A stretch of DNA of 64,000 nucleotides from a virus: positions 1 to 64,000 of IMG/VR virus record IMGVR_UViG_3300028920_000052; one strand, written 5' to 3'. Below the pieces are notes generated by a model, which ran no database searches, was not told the origin of the DNA, and saw only the letters and a program-made list of their open reading frames with translations. Made by a program: the position numbers and the translations under genes. Position 1 is the first letter of the stretch. Every line of letters starts with the position of its first letter. Shown in pieces: positions 11,490 through 20,621 of the stretch.

Positions 11490-11781
11490 TTTCTTTAGTT
11501 TTAATTACCTGTGGGGCGCAATCTAAATAAACAAAGCCCCAACTTCTATTAAATAATTCTCCTCTAACTTTAGTTACCTTTTTAGTATATTCCTTAGCCC
11601 ATTGTAACCATTCATCATGTTGCTCCTGTGTTACAGCATACTTTTCATAGAACTCTCTAGTATGTTCACTAGGATTCTCTTTCCATTTAGGATTCTCTTC
11701 TAAAATTTTTTCTATATTAGTACCATGATATTTTTCTAACCACCAGTTTACTAAATCATCTATATTAACTTTTTTACCCAT
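11482..11781 (-). CDS. Hypothetical protein
   Basis: 99 aa, start and stop overlap neighbouring genes. Confidence 0.7.
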   Translation of the reverse strand: MGKKVNIDDLVNWWLEKYHGTNIEKILEENPKWKENPSEHTREFYEKYAVTQEQHDEWLQWAKEYTKKVTKVRGELFNRSWGFVYLDCAPQVIKTKENE

Positions 11782-11974
11782 ATTTCTGATATATTAGTCT
11801 ATATTGTTTATTCAGCCTTAGATTAATACAATCCAAATGAATTTGTTCAGCTTCTTCTATATTACCATCTTCAGTTCCGTCTACTCCCATTAATACTATT
11901 GGTTTATCTTCATTAGTATTACATATAGGGCATTTCCAATCATTACCCATATTAGGATGTTCAAATTGTTTCAT
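11774..11974 (-). CDS. Small putative Zn-binding protein
   Basis: CPIC and HLDC motifs. Confidence 0.6.
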   Translation of the reverse strand: MKQFEHPNMGNDWKCPICNTNEDKPIVLMGVDGTEDGNIEEAEQIHLDCINLRLNKQYRLIYQKYG

Positions 11975-12007
11975 ATAATTTTAATTTTATGTACTTATTT
12001 ACCCGTA

Positions 12008-12556
12008 TTAAAACATACTCAAACTTATTTTAGTCATTTTATCAAATACTTCCTCTAAAGATATAGGATAATAATTTTGAGCATCTACCCCACAATCAAA
12101 ACTTAATCCTGAATTTTGAAATCTTCCATGTACATGCCCATACATATGCATTGCACCATGTATTTTCCTCTCCCAACTAGCTATGGGATAATGACATAGC
12201 ACTATATGAATATTAGGATAACTAGGAGAGTTAAATGTAAAATTCTTAATTTGAGTAATTTGAGTAAACAGTGTGGAATTTAACAAATTGTTGTCATGGT
12301 TCCCTATTATTAAGAACTTGTTCTTACATTTAATTTTCATTATTAAAGGTTCAGTATTTTTCTTACTTCCCATACTAACATCTCCTAGAATATAAAGTTG
12401 ATCTTGTTTACCAACTTTCTCATTTATTCTACTAATAATCCATTCATCATGTTCTTCTATAGAAGTGGGTCTACTGCAAATCTCCACTATTTTAGGGTGA
12501 AGTAGATGTAAATCTGCAGTAAACCATATTCTTTTTATATCAGTATCAGGTCTCAT
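12008..12556 (-). CDS. Calcineurin-like metallophosphoesterase
   Basis: DLH, LGD, GNHD, HYP and GHVH motifs. Confidence 0.9.
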   Translation of the reverse strand: MRPDTDIKRIWFTADLHLLHPKIVEICSRPTSIEEHDEWIISRINEKVGKQDQLYILGDVSMGSKKNTEPLIMKIKCKNKFLIIGNHDNNLLNSTLFTQITQIKNFTFNSPSYPNIHIVLCHYPIASWERKIHGAMHMYGHVHGRFQNSGLSFDCGVDAQNYYPISLEEVFDKMTKISLSMF

Positions 12557-12833
12557 TTCTTTCTTTTAAAAATTGTTTAAAGCAATAATCTGTAGATACT
12601 TTACACCTACTCCACTCATCAAATAATTCTACATTATCTAATAAGTATTCTCCAAATTCAACAACTATTTCTTCTACTTTAGATTTCGCAAAACTAACAG
12701 CACCTTTAAAATTAGCTTCTATTAAATTTTTAAGTTGCTGATTACTCCATTCAGTAGGAGTATATTCTGAAACAACATAATTTGCATGTTTCTCAGCAGC
12801 TTTATCAATTTCTTCTTGTTCAAATACTTTCAT
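12546..12833 (-). CDS. Hypothetical protein
   Basis: 95 aa ORF in the operon. Confidence 0.65.
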   Translation of the reverse strand: MKVFEQEEIDKAAEKHANYVVSEYTPTEWSNQQLKNLIEANFKGAVSFAKSKVEEIVVEFGEYLLDNVELFDEWSRCKVSTDYCFKQFLKERNET

Positions 12834-12839
12834 AACTCT

Positions 12840-13001
12840 TTAAGTATAAGTGTCTTCTTCATATTTTCTTGCTATTCTTTTTAGATCATTATAAATTTCC
12901 TTTATAGCAACTCTTTTTTCTTCAACCGACATAGAATCATCCTGTTCAATAAGTTCAATTTCATGTTCAGCTCTTCTTTCAAAACTTTCTAAAGTATTCA
13001 T
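12840..13001 (-). CDS. Small hypothetical protein (53 aa, not in ORF track)
   Basis: MNTLESFERRAEHEIELIEQ...EEDTYT* fills the gap between neighbours. Confidence 0.55.
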   Translation of the reverse strand: MNTLESFERRAEHEIELIEQDDSMSVEEKRVAIKEIYNDLKRIARKYEEDTYT

Positions 13002-13021
13002 AATAGTATTAAATATTTTTT

Positions 13022-13264
13022 TTAAGTAAAGTCTATAACCTTTTTAAATTCTTTTATAAGAGCAAGTTCTTCTTTAAAGTAATCCATATCACTGTAACTC
13101 CTTCTAGAGTACATATAAGCTTCTGCACCACTTAAAATATTTTTTAGAGCGTTAATTTGTCTTTCATTCTCTAACTTTACTTTAAACTCAAGTTTAGTAA
13201 CTATTTCATACTGTTCAGCAATTATAGTTTTATTCTTATTTTCTTTTCTTTTCCTGTTAAACAT
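13022..13264 (-). CDS. Hypothetical protein
   Basis: 80 aa ORF. Confidence 0.6.
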   Translation of the reverse strand: MFNRKRKENKNKTIIAEQYEIVTKLEFKVKLENERQINALKNILSGAEAYMYSRRSYSDMDYFKEELALIKEFKKVIDFT

Positions 13265-13284
13265 GTTAAAAATATATTATTTGC

Positions 13285-13593
13285 TTATATTTTTTCATAA
13301 GTAGTGACTTGAACAGCTTTCATTGGGAAAGCTTTAATTGTGTGATACATGTCTTCAATAGAGCTACTTTCAGAGTAACACTGTGTAACATATTCAATAC
13401 CAAAATACTGACCTTCAAATTCATAAACTGTAGTAGATAATTCATACCATCTATGCCTATCTATATATAACTCATCTGCAACTATTGTGCACAAATAAAG
13501 AATTTCTTGTATTTTTTTAGGGAATAACATTTCATCTGGATACTCAGTTTGTATTATTTTTGCAGAGTTAATTTTTTCTATTAAATTTTTCAT
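13285..13593 (-). CDS. Hypothetical phage protein
   Basis: 102 aa ORF. Confidence 0.65.
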   Translation of the reverse strand: MKNLIEKINSAKIIQTEYPDEMLFPKKIQEILYLCTIVADELYIDRHRWYELSTTVYEFEGQYFGIEYVTQCYSESSSIEDMYHTIKAFPMKAVQVTTYEKI

Positions 13594-13613
13594 TTTACCA
13601 TTGTATTATTTGT

Positions 13614-14288
13614 TTATTTCTTGCTTTTTATTGCATCCATAAATAGTTTAAAAGAATAGTGTTTTCGTTCTAGAAACAACTCAGCATCTTTATATAAATA
13701 ACTGTATAATTTTATTAATTCTTTTCTATTGAAACATCTTAAATACCTTATATTATTTATGGTGTATTTACCTTTTTTATAATCATAAATGGTACTTTCA
13801 ATATCATTTATCTTAAATATATTCTTAATTTTAAAAAGAATATTATCTAATCCAATGATACCAAAAGTAGCCACTTTATTATTATATCTGGAATCTAAGC
13901 AAAACCAGCCATCTCCATCAAAAAATCCTCTAATATAATGAGAATAAAGAGTATCATCCAGCTCAGGAAAATTCAATGACTTAGTTTTGTACTGTGGACA
14001 TCCTGCATTTGCCAAAGATTTACTTAAAGTTTTCCGTGTAATAGTAAGTCTATATTGATTTTGTCTAGTAAAATCTTTAACATCATAAGTTAAGTTACCT
14101 TCGTATTTCAACTCAGTTTTTATTTTTAATAAAATGTCAACATCACGTTCCTGTAGATTAAGTACTATAGTACCTCTTTGTTCATTATTATACCCATCTG
14201 CACAAAACAACCCTAGAATATATGCTTTATTAGGAGTATCTATAACATCAAAATAATTTTCATCTACTAAATACTTTATTTTCCCCAT
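13614..14288 (-). CDS. Free-standing double-motif LAGLIDADG homing endonuclease
   Basis: AYILGLFCADG and YIRGFFDGDG motifs, C-terminal LERK. No group I core seen in the flanks. Confidence 0.9.
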   Translation of the reverse strand: MGKIKYLVDENYFDVIDTPNKAYILGLFCADGYNNEQRGTIVLNLQERDVDILLKIKTELKYEGNLTYDVKDFTRQNQYRLTITRKTLSKSLANAGCPQYKTKSLNFPELDDTLYSHYIRGFFDGDGWFCLDSRYNNKVATFGIIGLDNILFKIKNIFKINDIESTIYDYKKGKYTINNIRYLRCFNRKELIKLYSYLYKDAELFLERKHYSFKLFMDAIKSKK

Positions 14289-14319
14289 AATTAGTATTAA
14301 TTGTAATTAATATTAATTA

Positions 14320-14351
14320 CAAATTTACTAAAAATAGTAATAATTACCAAT
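14320..14351 (-). promoter_or_regulatory. Bacteroidota-type promoter for the LAGLIDADG gene
   Basis: Minus strand ATTG-N20-TAAATTTG. Confidence 0.6.
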
Positions 14352-15039
14352 TAATTATAGATTTATTTCTATATTCCAATTCACAATTTATATTCTTAAA
14401 AACATTGCAACCAAAGAAACCACTTCCTCCATAACTATGCACTGCAGGATGTGTGATATTCAATATAGTATGAGTTTTATTTGTCACAAATTTAGCATAT
14501 TTTTGTGACTCTTTACCAAAAAATACATGAATTATTTCATTTTTAGTATTTAATGCTTCTAACACAGCAGTAGTAAATTTGTTCCAATATTTTATATGCG
14601 AAGTTGGATTACCTTTTTCTACAGTAAGTGCTGCATTAGTTAACAATACTCCTTGTTTAGCCCATCTTAGTAAGTCTTGTCTATCCAATCTTCCATAATC
14701 TACTCTATCTATCCACTCAGGATAGTTATCATCTACTTCAATTAACACATTTTTTAGGCTTGGAGCCATTCCTGTACTCAAACTATTAGAAAATAATAGC
14801 CCATCTGCAAATCCTTCTGTTGGATACGGGTCCATCCCCCATAGAACTACTTTAACTTTATCAAAAGGAGTTTCTTTAAAGCATCTAAATACTCTATCAC
14901 TAGTTGGATATATAGTTTTAGTAGTTCTTAAATGTGCTAGTCCTTGTCCTAATTTATTAAAATGTTCACTCTCTAAATATGTCTTCAAACATTCGTGCCA
15001 ACCAGAGCCAAAAGTCTTCTGTAACCATTCCTTGTTCAT
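14344..15039 (-). CDS. ung: Uracil-DNA glycosylase, family 1
   Basis: IYP, KVVLWGMDPYP, GLLFS, WAKQGVLLTN and HP motifs. Likely start at MNKEW. Confidence 0.9.
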   Translation of the reverse strand: MNKEWLQKTFGSGWHECLKTYLESEHFNKLGQGLAHLRTTKTIYPTSDRVFRCFKETPFDKVKVVLWGMDPYPTEGFADGLLFSNSLSTGMAPSLKNVLIEVDDNYPEWIDRVDYGRLDRQDLLRWAKQGVLLTNAALTVEKGNPTSHIKYWNKFTTAVLEALNTKNEIIHVFFGKESQKYAKFVTNKTHTILNITHPAVHSYGGSGFFGCNVFKNINCELEYRNKSIINW

Positions 15040-15139
15040 ATAGTTGTCTCCATAGTAAGTATAATGCAACCATTAAACCTAGGACAACTCCTAGGCTTAA
15101 TGCTGCAACATTAATTAAAATTATTATTATTGTTTCCAT
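14966..15139 (-). CDS. Small single-pass membrane protein (57 aa, not in ORF track)
   Basis: METIIIILINVAALSLGVVLGLMVALYLLWRQ...; overlaps the start of ung. Confidence 0.45.
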   Translation of the reverse strand: METIIIILINVAALSLGVVLGLMVALYLLWRQLYEQGMVTEDFWLWLARMFEDIFRE

Positions 15140-15894
15140 AATTCCTGCTCTAGTTTAGGTTTTATATCTAAATCTATATTCCAGAAAAATCCTCTAGGAG
15201 TTCTAAAGTTATCTTCAAATTGTTTGATAAGAGATTCATCTTTTGTCAATATTTTCCATAAATTGCTTTTTTCACTCAATTTATAAAAAAGTTTTATCAT
15301 ACTTTTTAACTCTTTAGATAATTTTGAATATTTTCCTTTTTTAAATAGTTGTATATCATCTTCAATATATTCTGGAATACTAAAAATAAATAAATCATAT
15401 CCTGGTATAGAATTCTTTAATTGCAGAAATCTAGGATGATTGAAAAGTCTTTTTTCTAACTCACCATAGTATTCAGTTTTAGCAAATCTATACAATAAAT
15501 ATAATTTTGTATCTTTTTCTCCTAAGTAAGCATTAATAAGATACCCATCAGTATCAAAATATGCCTTATTCTGCCCTAAACAAGGAAGAATATAGTCAGT
15601 TGTTTTATTTCTTTCATGTGAAAGAATTGTATATTTATGTCTAAAAGTAAGTTTAGAGTCTCCTCCTCTCATTATTTTAAACACTTCATAACTACTTGGT
15701 ATTTCTTCATAGTTATGTGAGAACTTATCACCTACCTTAACAGTTTTACTTCCAATAGTTATTCCTTTAATTTCACCAGTTTCTGCTATAATTTCTTCAG
15801 TAACTTCAATGGTATTAGTGTAAAGCTCTATCATCCTAGCATTTTTAGGAATATACTTAATCTCATTTCCCGCTTCAATTTTGATAGAGTTCAT
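15127..15894 (-). CDS. Hypothetical crAss-like protein
   Basis: 255 aa ORF containing FKKGKYSK. Confidence 0.7.
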   Translation of the reverse strand: MNSIKIEAGNEIKYIPKNARMIELYTNTIEVTEEIIAETGEIKGITIGSKTVKVGDKFSHNYEEIPSSYEVFKIMRGGDSKLTFRHKYTILSHERNKTTDYILPCLGQNKAYFDTDGYLINAYLGEKDTKLYLLYRFAKTEYYGELEKRLFNHPRFLQLKNSIPGYDLFIFSIPEYIEDDIQLFKKGKYSKLSKELKSMIKLFYKLSEKSNLWKILTKDESLIKQFEDNFRTPRGFFWNIDLDIKPKLEQELWKQ

Positions 15895-15905
15895 TATAAA
15901 AGGCT

Positions 15906-16151
15906 TTAAAGGTTTAATTTTGGTTGGTAGGGTATTTCATAGCATTTATCAACATTAATTTGACTACTTAACTCTTTTTCTGTATTTTGCAAAGTTTCTA
16001 GTTCAAATTTAAAAGTTTTGTACAATTCTTCTTTTGGAGTTCTTCTTACCTTATTAATAGCAGTAGTTAAATCTTCTGCTTCAACAGTAAACTTTTGTTT
16101 CTCCCAAACTTGAGTTAGTGCATCTCTTTCTATAATAAAAGATTTATTCAT
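15906..16151 (-). CDS. Hypothetical protein
   Basis: 81 aa ORF. Confidence 0.6.
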   Translation of the reverse strand: MNKSFIIERDALTQVWEKQKFTVEAEDLTTAINKVRRTPKEELYKTFKFELETLQNTEKELSSQINVDKCYEIPYQPKLNL

Positions 16152-16386
16152 CTATCTCCTTTCCATATTTTATTAATTTATCATAATAATAATCATATAA
16201 CTCTAAAGACTCATTTAAATAGTCTTCTCTATATCTAAACACACCATCATCACATTCTTCAAATAATCTGGTATCAATTTCATCTTCAGTATATCCAGCT
16301 TCTCTAAAAGGTTCTTTTAACCTTTCTTCAGCAAGTTCTGAAGCAACTTTTACAACGTTAATTTTAATTTCCATATCAAAAACCAT
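16144..16386 (-). CDS. Small acidic hypothetical protein
   Basis: 80 aa, rich in D/E. Confidence 0.6.
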   Translation of the reverse strand: MVFDMEIKINVVKVASELAEERLKEPFREAGYTEDEIDTRLFEECDDGVFRYREDYLNESLELYDYYYDKLIKYGKEIDE

Positions 16387-17272
16387 TATCTTGTTCTAAA
16401 CTTTCATTTTGTGTATTAACTACTTCATTAATATGAGGTAATTCAGGTAGTTCTCCAACTTCTCTTTCAAAATCTCTATCGCAATCTAGTAAATGAAGTA
16501 ATCTATAGTTCTTTTGAAATTCATAGATACCTTGACTGTTTCCATACGTCATTATATACTGAAGCAAAACTGTATCAAATGAATAAAACTCTATAGAATC
16601 ATAAATTTTTTCAAAGTATTTTATTCCTTTACCTTCAATTCCTTTAATTCCATCTGTAGTATCTCCACATATCAATTGCATAAGTTGGAATTTCATACAG
16701 TCTTTTTTTTCAGTTTCAACCCACCAACCTTTAATTAAACTACCAGGATTATCTTTTTCTTCTAATCTATAAGTATAATTAAAATGTTTACCTGGAATTG
16801 ATTGCAATAAATCTTTATCAGGACTTGCTATAATAACTTCTAAAGGTTCATAATGAAATAAATCTAGTTTTTCTTGTTTACAATAATCTAAAGCATCATC
16901 AAATACTTCTCTAGGTTCTATCTTACCGTCATCTGCAATATGTAAATCTTTATTAAACCAATATGCTACTAAGTCATCAGCTTCAACTAAATACATACTG
17001 TTTGCATTATAACCCTCTACAAGGTACTTTTTAAGTGTTTTAAGCCACTTTAAAGATGAACTGCACTTAGATCTTGATGCTTTATATAAAGGGTCTATTT
17101 TGTGTCTGAAATAAGGATTATTTGAAATAAATAAACTATAATGAGTTGCTTCAGTTTTCTCTAAAATGTTGTTTATTTTTTCATCAATTATTTCTATAGA
17201 TTCTTGAAGAGTTTCTTTTGAAGAATGATAACATAAACCATCTGCATCTATTAATACTAATTTAGACTTCAT
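16376..17272 (-). CDS. 5'-3' exonuclease / flap nuclease (T7 gp6-like)
   Basis: LIDADG, YKASR, EADD, SPDKDLLQ and GDTTDGIKGIEGKG motifs. Confidence 0.9.
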   Translation of the reverse strand: MKSKLVLIDADGLCYHSSKETLQESIEIIDEKINNILEKTEATHYSLFISNNPYFRHKIDPLYKASRSKCSSSLKWLKTLKKYLVEGYNANSMYLVEADDLVAYWFNKDLHIADDGKIEPREVFDDALDYCKQEKLDLFHYEPLEVIIASPDKDLLQSIPGKHFNYTYRLEEKDNPGSLIKGWWVETEKKDCMKFQLMQLICGDTTDGIKGIEGKGIKYFEKIYDSIEFYSFDTVLLQYIMTYGNSQGIYEFQKNYRLLHLLDCDRDFEREVGELPELPHINEVVNTQNESLEQDNGF

Positions 17273-17955
17273 TATCTAAAATTTGTCATTATAAAGTTAT
17301 GAAAACTTACATGTCTATCAATGTACTCAATAGGATGAGATTCTTTAAGAGCATGTGTAACATGATTATAAAAAGACCATGCGGTATCTTCAAGAAATTT
17401 TGTAGACCCTATAATTTCTTTTCTAACAATATTTGCCATAGTAGGCGTTACAATTTCTTCTTCAACAAAAATTCTTCCTAATAGCTCTGCTTGTGCTCTT
17501 TTATCAAATTCTATATCAGATAATCTATCTTTTGCACTTATAATCATTCTGTAATTATCATACAGCATTTTAACACTTTGAGAAATCATTTCTTCTAAAT
17601 CTCTCCATACATTAGTAGTATGTTTTCTTCTCATTTCGTAATCTGCTGATAGACACCCATTCATACAGATAAACACTTCTGCTCCAATCCCTATCATAGC
17701 ACTTTTACTTTTGTCATAAGAATTAACAATTCCTATTTGCATATTAATTCCAGGCTCATCTCCAATAAATATAAGTTTACCAGACATTAAATCACCTTCT
17801 CTAGCAATTTTATAATCTTCTCTTACAAACTGAAAACCTTCTTTATCTGCTTTTTCACGAATAATATTTATAAATTCTCCATGAGGAACTGGTGTGTAAC
17901 TTCTAGTTTCTTCAGGTAGAGAAACATTTTTTAATTCATTTAATGTTACTATCAT
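17272..17955 (-). CDS. DUF932-like protein
   Basis: YTPVPH, NSYDKS, VFICMNG, RKHT and WSFYNHVT motifs. Confidence 0.75.
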   Translation of the reverse strand: MIVTLNELKNVSLPEETRSYTPVPHGEFINIIREKADKEGFQFVREDYKIAREGDLMSGKLIFIGDEPGINMQIGIVNSYDKSKSAMIGIGAEVFICMNGCLSADYEMRRKHTTNVWRDLEEMISQSVKMLYDNYRMIISAKDRLSDIEFDKRAQAELLGRIFVEEEIVTPTMANIVRKEIIGSTKFLEDTAWSFYNHVTHALKESHPIEYIDRHVSFHNFIMTNFR

Positions 17956-18415
17956 AATTATTTATTTTTTTATCTAAAACCGCTTTGTAGCAAAACAATC
18001 CTTCTAGCCAATTATTCATTAGTTCGGATGTTTCTTTAATTTCATCTAAACACTCTTCTATAGGCTTAGTATGCCACCATGCTACATATCCTTTTTCAGT
18101 TCTTAAATCTATACCTTGACCACAAGTTTTATTTCCTAATTTTTTATCTCCAGTGTATTTGAACCAACAATGCATTCCATTATTTTTAGTTTTGTAGTGC
18201 AAAGTAGATAATAATTCTTTAAGAATATGAGGATGTATTATATCAAAACCATTCTTCTTTCCTTCATGGTTGTCTATATCTACAACAATGTATCCAGGAG
18301 TAGGTGAGACAGCTAGGTTATAGCCATCTGGTACTACTCCTTTATACATTACTCCATCTGGTAATAGTTTAAATTTTACTATCGGTTCTTTACCTCTTAA
18401 TAAGAAAGTACGCAT
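17936..18415 (-). CDS. Bifunctional primase-polymerase (PrimPol/AEP) catalytic domain
   Basis: VVDID, TKNNGMHCWF and GIDLRTEKGYV motifs. Confidence 0.8.
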   Translation of the reverse strand: MRTFLLRGKEPIVKFKLLPDGVMYKGVVPDGYNLAVSPTPGYIVVDIDNHEGKKNGFDIIHPHILKELLSTLHYKTKNNGMHCWFKYTGDKKLGNKTCGQGIDLRTEKGYVAWWHTKPIEECLDEIKETSELMNNWLEGLFCYKAVLDKKINNYDSNIK

Positions 18416-18417
18416 GA

Positions 18418-18720
18418 TTAAAATACATATTGTTCTCTTGCTTCTTTAGTATTCCAAAAGATTTCATAACAATTATCATAAGCAAAATCAAATACTCTAT
18501 CTAATTCTGTAGCTGCACTAGGTGATAGAGATAATTTGAATATTATTTCTTCTCCATCATGCCTATTCCCCCCTTCTTGTTCTAGTAGGTAAGAAATATA
18601 CCCTGCAAGTATAACACATGTACCATTTAGGTCACTTCCTGTTCCATCAAAATCTAGTCCATTATCTTTAATGAACTTTTTAACTTTTCTAAGTAATCTG
18701 TTTATATCTTTTACTTCCAT
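18418..18720 (-). CDS. Hypothetical helical protein, possibly a PriCT-like partner of the PrimPol
   Basis: 100 aa adjacent to PrimPol; assignment is weak. Confidence 0.35.
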   Translation of the reverse strand: MEVKDINRLLRKVKKFIKDNGLDFDGTGSDLNGTCVILAGYISYLLEQEGGNRHDGEEIIFKLSLSPSAATELDRVFDFAYDNCYEIFWNTKEAREQYVF

Positions 18721-18722
18721 AT

Positions 18723-18911
18723 CTAAATATTTTCATAAGGATTATCTTTCTGCCATTCTTTTAAGAATGCATCTAATTCACTTTGTTCCATTCCTAGTTC
18801 TGCAAAATCATCTTTACTTCCTATTCTGCTCCAAGTATCTTTAGTATTTTCTAAAGTAACCTCTGATGGATTTTGCAAAGCATTTAACAATTCATCTATT
18901 GTAACTGTCAT
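18723..18911 (-). CDS. Hypothetical protein
   Basis: 62 aa ORF, tightly spaced. Confidence 0.6.
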   Translation of the reverse strand: MTVTIDELLNALQNPSEVTLENTKDTWSRIGSKDDFAELGMEQSELDAFLKEWQKDNPYENI

Positions 18912-18912
18912 A

Positions 18913-19671
18913 TTATATTTCTTTAATTTTTTCTTGTAATAGTTCTAGTTGTTCATCTGTAATTTCATGCGTTTCTAGCCATACTTTACAGATCTCTTTA
19001 ACAATTTTAGTGTTCTTTTTCCTTATTTTTAATTTTTCACTAAAATTATCAGAATCAAAAATGTTTTGAAACTTTTGTACCTCATCAATTAATTCTATAT
19101 ATTTTAGAACTACAGCATCAGTATTATACCCTCTTTTGTGGTATTTAATTACTCTAGTTAACTGTCTGAGAATACGAGATATTTGCCATAGTTCTGAGTC
19201 ATAAAAGTTAGTATTCCACTTATTCCAAGATGCAATTTTAGTTTCTGTAGATCCTTCTGTTAAGTCTAATTCTTTTTCCAAAAATGTATCATATGCTTTG
19301 GAAATAATATTCATATCAAATGATGCTAATACTGCAAATGCAGATTCACATTTTGCTTTATATATAATATTTACTGGAACACAAGTATTGTATACAAATT
19401 TAATTGTAGTAATTCCTACATATCCTTGTTTTGGGTCATTAATGAATTTATCTGCCTTCCATTTTTCCAAAGGATCTACTATATGAAACATTTTATCATG
19501 GTACATTGCATAAAACATTTCTGTAAAAGATTTTTCCGTATATGCAAAAAAGTCAACATCTTGAGGATGTTTTTCATCTGGAAATACTCCTAATAATGTA
19601 GAGCCTGTAATACAGCCTTTAATCTTTTTCTTTTTTAGCCATTCAATAACTTGTTCTATATTTTCCCTCAT
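18913..19671 (-). CDS. Pol-beta superfamily nucleotidyltransferase
   Basis: ITGS...QDVDFF (hGS-x-DhD) and SFDMNI motifs. Confidence 0.7.
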   Translation of the reverse strand: MRENIEQVIEWLKKKKIKGCITGSTLLGVFPDEKHPQDVDFFAYTEKSFTEMFYAMYHDKMFHIVDPLEKWKADKFINDPKQGYVGITTIKFVYNTCVPVNIIYKAKCESAFAVLASFDMNIISKAYDTFLEKELDLTEGSTETKIASWNKWNTNFYDSELWQISRILRQLTRVIKYHKRGYNTDAVVLKYIELIDEVQKFQNIFDSDNFSEKLKIRKKNTKIVKEICKVWLETHEITDEQLELLQEKIKEI

Positions 19672-20033
19672 AATTTTTCTTTAATTTCTCTTATATTAAA
19701 TTTTTGCAGTTCTAAATTCATATCTATATAATTAAATATTTTCAATGAACGAACACTAATAAAAATCTTTGCCCCATTTTTTAATGATGGTGCTACTAAA
19801 GGATACCCTAATTTTCTTTTTAATTCTAATCCTTTATAACCAGGATATTGCTCTATCCATCTATTATCAATTATTAAATTATTTCCATAATTAATACATT
19901 CTTCTTCAGTGTTAAATAAATCAGAATTTATGAATTTATTAAAATATATTTGTTGATGGGTATCTTCTGGTAAATTTTCATCTTCTGGAATTGAATATCT
20001 AATTTCTATTTTTAAATAATATTTAAGTTCCAT
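19668..20033 (-). CDS. Hypothetical protein
   Basis: 121 aa ORF. Confidence 0.6.
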   Translation of the reverse strand: MELKYYLKIEIRYSIPEDENLPEDTHQQIYFNKFINSDLFNTEEECINYGNNLIIDNRWIEQYPGYKGLELKRKLGYPLVAPSLKNGAKIFISVRSLKIFNYIDMNLELQKFNIREIKEKL

Positions 20034-20044
20034 ATTAGAATATT

Positions 20045-20074
20045 AAAAAAGCCTGACATTTCTATCAGGCTTTT
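20045..20074 (-). terminator. Intrinsic terminator
   Basis: AAAAAA-GCCTGA-loop-TCAGGC-TTTT. Confidence 0.7.
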
Positions 20075-20095
20075 ATTAAGTTAAATTAATAAAAA

Positions 20096-20590
20096 TTAAT
20101 CAATTAAGTCAATAACTTCTGTTACAGCTTTTACAATTTCTTCAATTGTATAAATTTTGTCTAATTTACAAATGTCTTCCTCAAAATATAGACCAAAATC
20201 TTCAAATTCCTTAATAATGTTAAACTGCTGCAAAAAAGCATTAATTTTATCTGCTCTTGTCTTTTTTGCTTGGTATGCAATAAAGTTTAAAGCTTCTTTT
20301 TGTAGTTTTTCCGACAAACTATTATTTACTTTTTCAGGAGAATCTACATATTTAACAGTTTTATTATTTAGTACTGCTCTTACTTCATTTACAACATCTT
20401 GAACTGTATCAGGAACTTTACCAACAAAATCTTTATCTTTTGCTTTTTCTGCAAAAGTTACTACCCATTCAGCGTGATTTTGAAGGGCAACAAACTTTTG
20501 ATTAAATACAGGAATATTATCATCACCTGCTACTAAATAACCACCATTTTTTAAACTCAAGGTTTCTTTTGTTACAAAAATCTTTTTCAT
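20096..20590 (-). CDS. Hypothetical protein
   Basis: 164 aa ORF followed by a terminator. Confidence 0.7.
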   Translation of the reverse strand: MKKIFVTKETLSLKNGGYLVAGDDNIPVFNQKFVALQNHAEWVVTFAEKAKDKDFVGKVPDTVQDVVNEVRAVLNNKTVKYVDSPEKVNNSLSEKLQKEALNFIAYQAKKTRADKINAFLQQFNIIKEFEDFGLYFEEDICKLDKIYTIEEIVKAVTEVIDLID

Positions 20591-20621
20591 GTTGTTTAAT
20601 TTTAATTTATTTGTAATTTAA

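Noticed and set aside
13594-14343. Group I intron around the free-standing LAGLIDADG gene
   Set aside because: The flanks are only about 20 and 55 nt with no P/Q/R/S elements, and ung ends with its own stop codon.
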